A DNA stretch of 14,873 nucleotides from Candidatus Krumholzibacteriota bacterium (lineage in GTDB: Bacteria; Krumholzibacteriota; Krumholzibacteriia; JAJRXK01), in contig CAWDWO010000005.1 of assembly GCA_963806035.1 (NCBI GenBank), positions 1-14,873 of the forward strand. Reading direction: 5' to 3'. The position numbers and the translations under genes are program-made. Below, piece after piece: positions 9,167-14,873 of the stretch. The notes beneath the pieces were generated by a model. It saw only the letters and a list, made by a program, of their open reading frames with translations, was not told where the DNA came from and did not search any database. The first letter of the stretch is position 1. Each line of letters begins with the position of its first letter.

Positions 9167-9379
9167 CTACGCCCGGCGCTTATCGCTCACTAGCAACACG
9201 GCGCCACCGAGAAGCACGACCACGCCGACGATGGAGGGAATAGCAACGTTCTTGTGCTCGGTGGCGGTGACGTGCATATCGCCCATCTCCAGCACGGTGC
9301 GGTTTCTATTGTAGCTAAAGCCCCCGTAGACCAGCGCGAGGATTCCAGCAACCAGAAGCACGATTCCGATGGTTCTCAT
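9167..9379 (-). CDS. Small two-TM membrane protein, DUF3185-like
   Basis: MRTIGIVLLVAGILALVYGGFSY...V.E.G...V.A.E.K.V.IP..VG...L.GG.VLL; purine-rich SD upstream. Confidence 0.85.
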   Translation of the reverse strand: MRTIGIVLLVAGILALVYGGFSYNRNRTVLEMGDMHVTATEHKNVAIPSIVGVVVLLGGAVLLVSDKRRA

Positions 9380-9403
9380 TTCAAGATCCCTTTCCCTTTC
9401 CGC

Positions 9404-9583
9404 CTAGATCGCCCGGAGGCCCTGAATGTCGCGGAGACGCACTTGATCGAATTGAGATCTACTCTCGATGGGGCGCGATTCCGATTCCACGTTTCCTGTA
9501 GCTCCGACCGCGGGCGCTGGATGAAACACGGGGGCTTCATGGCAACGCGTCAGCGTGGGCGGAAGGTAGCGTTTCTTGGGCAT
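9404..9583 (-). CDS. Putative 59-aa peptide, absent from the ORF track
   Basis: SD GAAGGA before ATG; MPKKRYLPPTLTRCHEAPVFHPAPAVGATGNVESESRPIESRSQFDQVRLRDIQGLRAI*; fills the gap between a sigma-54-like site and the DUF3185-like gene. Confidence 0.4.
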   Translation of the reverse strand: MPKKRYLPPTLTRCHEAPVFHPAPAVGATGNVESESRPIESRSQFDQVRLRDIQGLRAI

Positions 9584-9620
9584 TGAAATCCTTCTGGGCG
9601 ATGAGTTGATGACTGAAATA

Positions 9621-9636
9621 CGCGAGTATGATGCCA
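9621..9636 (-). promoter_or_regulatory. Possible sigma-54 promoter
   Basis: Minus strand TGGCATCATACTCGCG (GG-N10-GC); predicted start near 9610, about 27 nt before ATG 9583. Confidence 0.45.
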
Positions 9637-9708
9637 GAGGCTAAATGCTGTATTCCTTGGGCCTTGCAAGGGAACCACGATTGGACGGCTCATCAGAACG
9701 AAGTGATG

Positions 9709-9878
9709 CCGATCAGTTTGATGGTGGAGCCTGCCTACCATGAGGTGTGGGCGAACCGGCGCGATCGCAACGGGGTGCCAAATACGTGGTGAATGAGATT
9801 CAGCATCCAAGACGCCTCGTGGGCCGGGCTCTACAAGTTCCAGTCAGCTAAGGCTGGCGGAGTTTTTGGTAGGGACAG
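9709..9878 (-). mobile_element. Miniature transposon remnant, unit D, with decayed transposase tail
   Basis: Identical terminal 20-mer at 9859-9878; last 43 nt are 36/43 identical to unit E; minus strand 9810-9709 LDAESHSPRIWHPVAIAPVRPHLMVGRLHHQTDR aligns gap-free (13/34) with the tail in unit E; left terminus not recognisable. Confidence 0.8.
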
Positions 9879-9910
9879 GCCTCGAGACACCCCTTCACTA
9901 GCCTGGCCGA

Positions 9911-10939
9911 CTAGAACTTCGCCTGGGCGAAGATTCCGAATTCGACGACCTTGCCGTTGTTCGCGGCGTCCGTGCTCTTCTGCCTCTTCTCGTACTTGAA
10001 GACCGGCGACACGACCACGCCCTTGGCAACTGCGTACTGGATGCCGACGTTGAAGTACAGATCCTCGTAGTCCGGGTCCAGGTCCTTGCTCAGCTTGGCC
10101 GAGTCGATGCGGCCAAACAGGGTCCAGGCCGGTGCCACCTCGGCCGACGCCCAGGCCGAGACTCCCTGGGCCTTGTCCTTCTGTTCGGTGGTTACGAGCT
10201 TCCACTGCTCGGCCTGGAACAACTCGCCGCCAACCTTGACGCCGGACTTGGCGTAGGCCACCACCGCGTCGATGCGGCTGGCGTTCTGGCTGAAAGCCGT
10301 CGTTTCCATCTGCTTGCCGAGCTTGCCCACGTAGCCGCCAATGGCCACGTTCAGGCCATCGACCGGCGTGGCGCCGATGCGGCCGGCGAGGTCCATCGAC
10401 TTGCTGCGCGCGGGGTGCTTGTAGCCGCCGCCGTTGATCGCCGAGGCCTGGTAGTTGATGCGGCCGTCGGCGGCCTTGCCCATGACGTGCATGCCCCAAT
10501 CGGCCGAGGTGCCGAACTTCAGTCGGTCGACCATCACATTCTCCACGTAGCGAAAGCCGTACAGGCCCTCCACCGTGGGGATCCAGGGCAGGTCGGACGA
10601 GCCGGCGCGGAGCGTGACCGGCACGTTGCGCAGCTTCGCCTGCACATAGGCCTTCTTGGCATAGACGTCGTAGGCGCCGTTCTGGTCGCCGATGTCGGTG
10701 GTGAAGTTCAACGACCACACCTCGTCGATGAGGTGGTTGACCGTGATGTAGAAGCGCTTCCCGTCGTAGCCGGTGCCGGTCCCGTCGAGCTGGTTGCCGT
10801 CGGCGTCCTCCACGCTCTTGTAACTGAAATTCCCATACATCTTGCCGCCGACGGTCGTCTCGCCGGCCTGGGCCGGGAACGCAGTGAGGCAGGCGGCGAC
10901 CGCGACTGCAAGACCTACAAGCATGTGCTTCATCTTCAT
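9911..10939 (-). CDS. Outer-membrane porin, probably phosphate-related (OprO/OprP-like)
   Basis: Signal peptide ending AQA, amphipathic beta-strands, C-terminal Phe (AQAKF); motifs KRFYI, KKAYVQ, LPWIP..EGLYGFRYVE...DRLKFGTSADWG recalled from porins beside pstS; SD GGAGG; Pho-box-like repeats upstream. Confidence 0.85.
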   Translation of the reverse strand: MKMKHMLVGLAVAVAACLTAFPAQAGETTVGGKMYGNFSYKSVEDADGNQLDGTGTGYDGKRFYITVNHLIDEVWSLNFTTDIGDQNGAYDVYAKKAYVQAKLRNVPVTLRAGSSDLPWIPTVEGLYGFRYVENVMVDRLKFGTSADWGMHVMGKAADGRINYQASAINGGGYKHPARSKSMDLAGRIGATPVDGLNVAIGGYVGKLGKQMETTAFSQNASRIDAVVAYAKSGVKVGGELFQAEQWKLVTTEQKDKAQGVSAWASAEVAPAWTLFGRIDSAKLSKDLDPDYEDLYFNVGIQYAVAKGVVVSPVFKYEKRQKSTDAANNGKVVEFGIFAQAKF

Positions 10940-11010
10940 GAGTTGATCCTCCGATAGATCGATGCGGAAGGCCGCCGTGCCCCGGCAGCTATGCGAGAGC
11001 GCCGCGGAGG

Positions 11011-11063
11011 AATATAAGAGTGCCGTGTTAGAGCGAGGTCAAATGCGTGTGAAGAACTGTTAA
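11011..11063 (-). promoter_or_regulatory. Pho-box-like tandem repeats plus -10 element for the porin
   Basis: Minus strand TTAACA (11058-63), TTCACA (11048-53), TTGACC (11037-42), CTAACA (11026-31) at 10/11/11-nt periods, then TATATT (11011-16) 9 nt downstream. Confidence 0.6.
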
Positions 11064-11162
11064 AGATCAGGCAATTGTAGATCTTCGGCTCTTATAGTTA
11101 GTTCCCATTGTGTGTGCAACCCGCTCTTCGTGGTGTAGCATCTCCTCTTTCAGGAGCATCTC

Positions 11163-13833
11163 GTGATCGGCAAGACCCTCGGCCACTATGGAGTCATCGG
11201 CTTGCTCGGCAAGGGCGGCATGGGCGAGGTCTATCGCGCACGGGACACCCGGCTCGGGCGCGAGGTCGCGATCAAGGCTCTTCCCCCGGAGTTCTCGCGG
11301 GACCCCGAGCGCTCGCCCGCTTCGAGCGCGAGGCCCGGCTCCTGGCCTCCCTCTCCCACCCGAATATCGCCGGCATATCACGGCCTGGAGGAGGTCGACG
11401 GGCGCGCGCTACCTGGTGCTGGAGCTGGTCGAGGGCGAGACCCTCGCCGATCGACTGTCGCGAGGGCCCCTCGCGCTCGGACGAGGTGATCGAGATCGCG
11501 GGGCAGATCGCGGCAGGCGTGGAGGCCGCCCACGAGAACGGGGTCGTCCACCGGGACCTCAAGCCCGGGAACGTGATGCTCACGCCCGACGGCCAGGTGA
11601 AGGTGCTGGATTTCGGTCTGGCGAAGGCGGGTGACGCGCCGACAGCGGGATGCTCGGACCTCGAACCTGTCCACATCGCCGACCCTGACCTACGCGGCGA
11701 CGCAGGCGGGGGTGGTCCTCGGGACCGCGGCCTACATGAGCCCGGAGCAGGCGCGCGGGCGAGGGTGGACAAGCGCACGGACATCTGGGCGTTCGGCTGC
11801 GTGCTCTACGAGTGCCTGACCGGCCGCCGGGCATTCGAGGGCGAGACGGTATCGGATCTATCGCGCAGATCTTGAAGAGCGAACCCGACTGGAGCCTGCT
11901 GCCGGCGGCGACACCCGCCCACGTTCGGGCCATGGTGGAGCGCTGTTGCAAAAGGACGTCACGGGAGAGGCTGCGCGACATCGGCGAAGCGCGGATCAGC
12001 ACTCGGGGCAGCCATGGACGCGGAGGAGAGTCCCGCCGCGCGGGCGCGGCCGCCGCGGGCATTCCCTTGGTGGCTGGCGGCGGCAGCGGTATTCGCGGTG
12101 GCGGTCCTGGCCGTGTTCGCGACCCTCCGGTTCGGGCAGGCTACCCGGCCGGGCCGGTACGAAAGTTCGACCTGGTCGCGAAGGACATGGTCGTCGACTG
12201 GCCCATCGCGCCGCGGCTCTCGCCGGACGGCTCGCGGTTCGCGTACGCCTCGGCGAATCAGGTGTGGGTCCGCGATCTGGACCGGCTCGAGCCCCGCGCC
12301 GTGGCCGACATCTCGGCCGCCAGGCCTGTTAGCTGGTCGCCGGACTCGCGTGAGCTGGTATTCAGCTGACAGCAGTAAGCTGTGGAAGGTCCCCGTCGAG
12401 GGGGGGCGGCGCCACAGCGATCTGCGAGATCCCGGGGACAGGGAGCATCATCGGCGGCAGCCTGGAGCAGGTCCCGGCAAGATCGCCTTTTCGGTCTGGC
12501 GGGACAACATGTACCAAGTCCCGGCGAGCGGGGGTAGTCCGCCGGCCATGGTCGGAATCGATCCGGCCACCGAGATCGATTTTCACGCCCCGACCTGGCT
12601 GCCGAAACGGGGAACTCATGTTCGTCACTCACTGGAAGAGACTCGCGACAGCACGGGACAGAGGTACCGGGGCTCACGTTCTTCGACGGCAAGAGGCAGA
12701 CCCGGGTTCCCGGGGATTTCGGAGGCCGACGACTCACCCTCCTCACCGCGACCGGGCAATTGCTGTACCTGACCCGGGGGGCGACACCGGGCATGTGGGC
12801 TGTTCCCTTCGACCTGGAGCGGCATCAAGCGGCCGGCGCGCCGGTTCTGGTAGCGCCCGATGCCGTCACCCTCAGCGCTTCCGCGGACGGTTCGTTGCTC
12901 TATTCGGAAGGGTCGAAGGTCAGCGTGCACCGAGAACTGGTCTGGCTGGACCGGACGGGTGAAGAGATCGGCGCGGTCGGCTCGCCTCACGAGGAACCTT
13001 GGTCAGCCGCGGCTGTCCCCGACGGTCACCGGGTTGCGTTCAGCGCCGCGGACGGCGGCAACGAGGATGTATGGGTGCTGGACCTCAAGACCGGTACCGA
13101 AACGCGGCTCACCTTCGGCCCACAAAAGGAATCCAAGCCGGAGTGGCTCGGGTCGTCCTCGCGCCTGTCGTACGTCGAGGAGAACGGCATGCAAGGCCGC
13201 GTCTTGTCGATCAATGCCGACGGGTCCGGCGAACAACGGGTACTCGCGCCGCTGATGTGCTTCGGTATGCAGTCCGGCGGGGTGACCATGGCGCCGGACG
13301 GAAGGTCGGCGATCCGGATCGTCGACCAGCGTGGACATGGAAGCCTGCAGGTCGGACCCATGCTGCCCGACGGCACGCTCGGTCCCCTGAAGCCCCTGTT
13401 CAAGCAGGTGCCGGAGCCGAACGTCGGCGCGGGAGGATCTCGCCCGACGGCCGACTCCTCGCGTACAGGACCAACGACCCGGGACAGGTCGACATCTTCT
13501 TGGCCCGGTTCCCCAGGGGGGAGGGGCAATGGCAGGTCGGCACCCAGGGCGGGATTCGGCCCCGCTGGGCCGGGACAGCGGTGAGCTGTTCTTCATCGCC
13601 GGGAGCGGCCCCACGAGCGCAGCATGGTCTCGGCTCCAGTGGATCCTTCACTGGATTCGCCGCTGGGCGAACTCACCCGACTGTTCAGCAGCCGGGGGAA
13701 CGTCGATCTGCGGGATTTCGACGTCTCGCCCGACGGACAACGAATCCTGATCACCCGAGCGTCCGGCGGCGTCGATGGATCGGCTCGGCACCTGGTACTG
13801 GTGGAGAATTGGCAGTCGGAACTCGCGAGATAG
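11163..13833 (+). pseudogene. Hanks-type Ser/Thr protein kinase + TM helix + TolB-like (PD40) beta-propeller, broken by at least a dozen frameshifts (pseudogene or sequencing errors)
   Basis: Motifs spread over three frames: [70 protein letters not shown]; repeats LSPDGSRFAY, WSPDSREL, ISPDGRLLAY, DVSPDGQRIL; end LVENWQSELAR*; SD AGGAG before GTG 11163. Confidence 0.85.
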
Positions 13834-13958
13834 CTAGATCAGCAACGCCCGACCTTGATGGCCGGGCGCTCTGTGGAGGCGGACTCTCAAGCTCATGGAG
13901 AGTCACGAACGGTGTTGGCTCCCGGTTTTTCAGGCTTGGACGCAGTCCTCAACGGCGA

Positions 13959-14534
13959 TCATCGATACATCCCCTTCACGCCTCCCCAAGATCGGGCCTG
14001 GTCATCCACCGTCCCCGCGCAGAGGGCATGAACGTTGTCGATGCTCGCACCCCAGGAGTTGTCGCCAGGATCGATCACCAGAGTGATCTCGAGGGTATGT
14101 TGCCCGCAGGGGACGACGAAGGTTGCGGTGGTCCAGTTCGGCTGGAAATGATCGACCAACACGGGTTGGAATTCGTCGATGGCCACCGCGATTCTGGCGG
14201 TGCCGGGCTCACTCAGGAGCAAGTCGAAGAGCTTGTACTGGAAGGTGATCGTACACTCGGTATCGCCGCCGGGATCTCCGCAGAGGAGGCTGGGAAAGGC
14301 GGGCGGTACCCCCGCCGTTGCCGGAGAGCAAGGCGTAGGAATCGGGATCACCGCCGACAGTCGGAAAGGTGACGGCGAGAAGGTCGGAGGGATCCGCACT
14401 GGTGGACCAACCGGTGCCGCCGTCGTCGAAGCTGCCGTTGATGACGTCGGCGAAGGCCGTCCCCGCCATGAGACCACGGACAGGATAACGGGGAGAACCC
14501 AGTCCCGCACGGAGAATCGGGGGCGGATATCCAT
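13959..14534 (-). CDS. Secreted beta-rich protein with C-terminal SWGGVKGMYR motif (compensating frameshifts near 14472 and 14288)
   Basis: SD AGGAGG. The real middle segment appears in another frame (MAGTAFA-DVINGSFDDGGTGW...TARLSQ), giving a signal peptide and an NG.F....GW beta-sandwich start; the frame returns at LCGDPGG. Confidence 0.75.
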   Translation of the reverse strand: MDIRPRFSVRDWVLPVILSVVSWRGRPSPTSSTAASTTAAPVGPPVRIPPTFSPSPFRLSAVIPIPTPCSPATAGVPPAFPSLLCGDPGGDTECTITFQYKLFDLLLSEPGTARIAVAIDEFQPVLVDHFQPNWTTATFVVPCGQHTLEITLVIDPGDNSWGASIDNVHALCAGTVDDQARSWGGVKGMYR

Positions 14535-14661
14535 GAAAGCCTCCTAAAGAAAAAGTGGGCGGGGAATTGATGAAGTCGCTCACCACAAGTGCGTATCGCA
14601 CGGAGGAGGACTAAATGCATACCAGTATCCAATCGATTCTTTCAAGGTGCTGACCTGCTCC

Positions 14662-14873
14662 CTGAATCCCTACCATTGATCCCATCCGGCCTGCAATCCG
14701 CGCTTAGGCCGCCTCTCGATAGTAGCGGTGGTGTAAACCGCCGACCATGGGACGCCGCCTGATCGAACCGATATCTGCATGCTCAAGCTCCCGCGGGATG
14801 GGACATTCCTTCGCTAGCCCGAACGTTGTATGTTCAAGTCAGGCAAGGCCAACGGAGTTTTTGGTAGGGACAG
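14662..14873 (-). mobile_element. Miniature transposon remnant, unit E, with the longest transposase tail
   Basis: Left end CTG(AA)TCCCTACCATTGATCCCATCCGGCCTGCAATCC is homologous to units A-C; right end is the 20-mer at 14854-14873; the window ends exactly on it. Confidence 0.85.
14704..14820 (-). pseudogene. C-terminal 38 codons of an integrase-core (rve-type DDE) transposase
   Basis: GLAKECPIPRELEHADIGSIRRRPMVGGLHHRYYREAA* matches the L.K..P.PR...G.I...P.VGGLHHRY.R.AA tail of this group; an in-frame TGA lies a few codons upstream with no start codon between, so it is a fragment. Confidence 0.8.

Noticed and set aside
9731..9740. CTGCCTACCA as the left terminus of unit D
   Set aside because: It falls in the codons for MVGR of the transposase tail, which continues past it; the resemblance is coincidental.
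9767..9780. Minus-strand TGGCACCCCGTTGC as a sigma-54 promoter
   Set aside because: Spacing is GG-N9-GC, not N10, and it lies inside unit D.
13845..13904. Two short hairpins between the convergent kinase and secreted-protein genes as terminators
   Set aside because: Stems of 6-7 bp with long loops and no adjacent U-tract; not convincing.
12999..14372. 457-aa ORF and other long overlapping or antisense ORFs
   Set aside because: Arg/Pro/Gly-rich shadow frames of high-GC genes; only a short segment (RISPDGRLLAY...RPRW) belongs to the frameshifted kinase.
5158..14873. CRISPR array or integron attC interpretation of the repeated 20-mer
   Set aside because: Spacing is kilobases and irregular, there are no cas or intI genes and no RYYYAAC/GTTRRRY cores; TGT...ACA ends and a transposase tail explain the repeat better.

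Overview
High-GC, diderm bacterial accessory region made almost entirely of envelope genes: a frameshifted C39 peptidase-TPR-Omp85-like fusion, two small stress/membrane genes, trkH-trkA, a 56-aa His/Cys ORF missing from the ORF track, an OmpA lipoprotein, a polytopic membrane protein, two exported proteins, a DUF3185-like gene, a porin preceded by a Pho-box-like array, a heavily frameshifted Ser/Thr kinase with a TolB-like propeller, and a secreted protein ending SWGGVKGMYR. The most striking signal is non-coding. Five co-oriented 85-210 bp units (about 5084-5177, 6636-6727, 7980-8063, 9709-9878, 14662-14873) split the region into unrelated gene blocks. Three end in the identical 20-mer GGAGTTTTTGGTAGGGACAG. 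The units have TGTCCCTACCA-type inverted ends, and four retain the last 7-38 codons of an integrase-core (rve-type) transposase ('...MVGGLHHRYYREAA*') on the minus strand. This looks like a cassette-like array delimited by miniature transposon remnants; no intact transposase is in the window. Family assignments are from motif recognition, not database searches.
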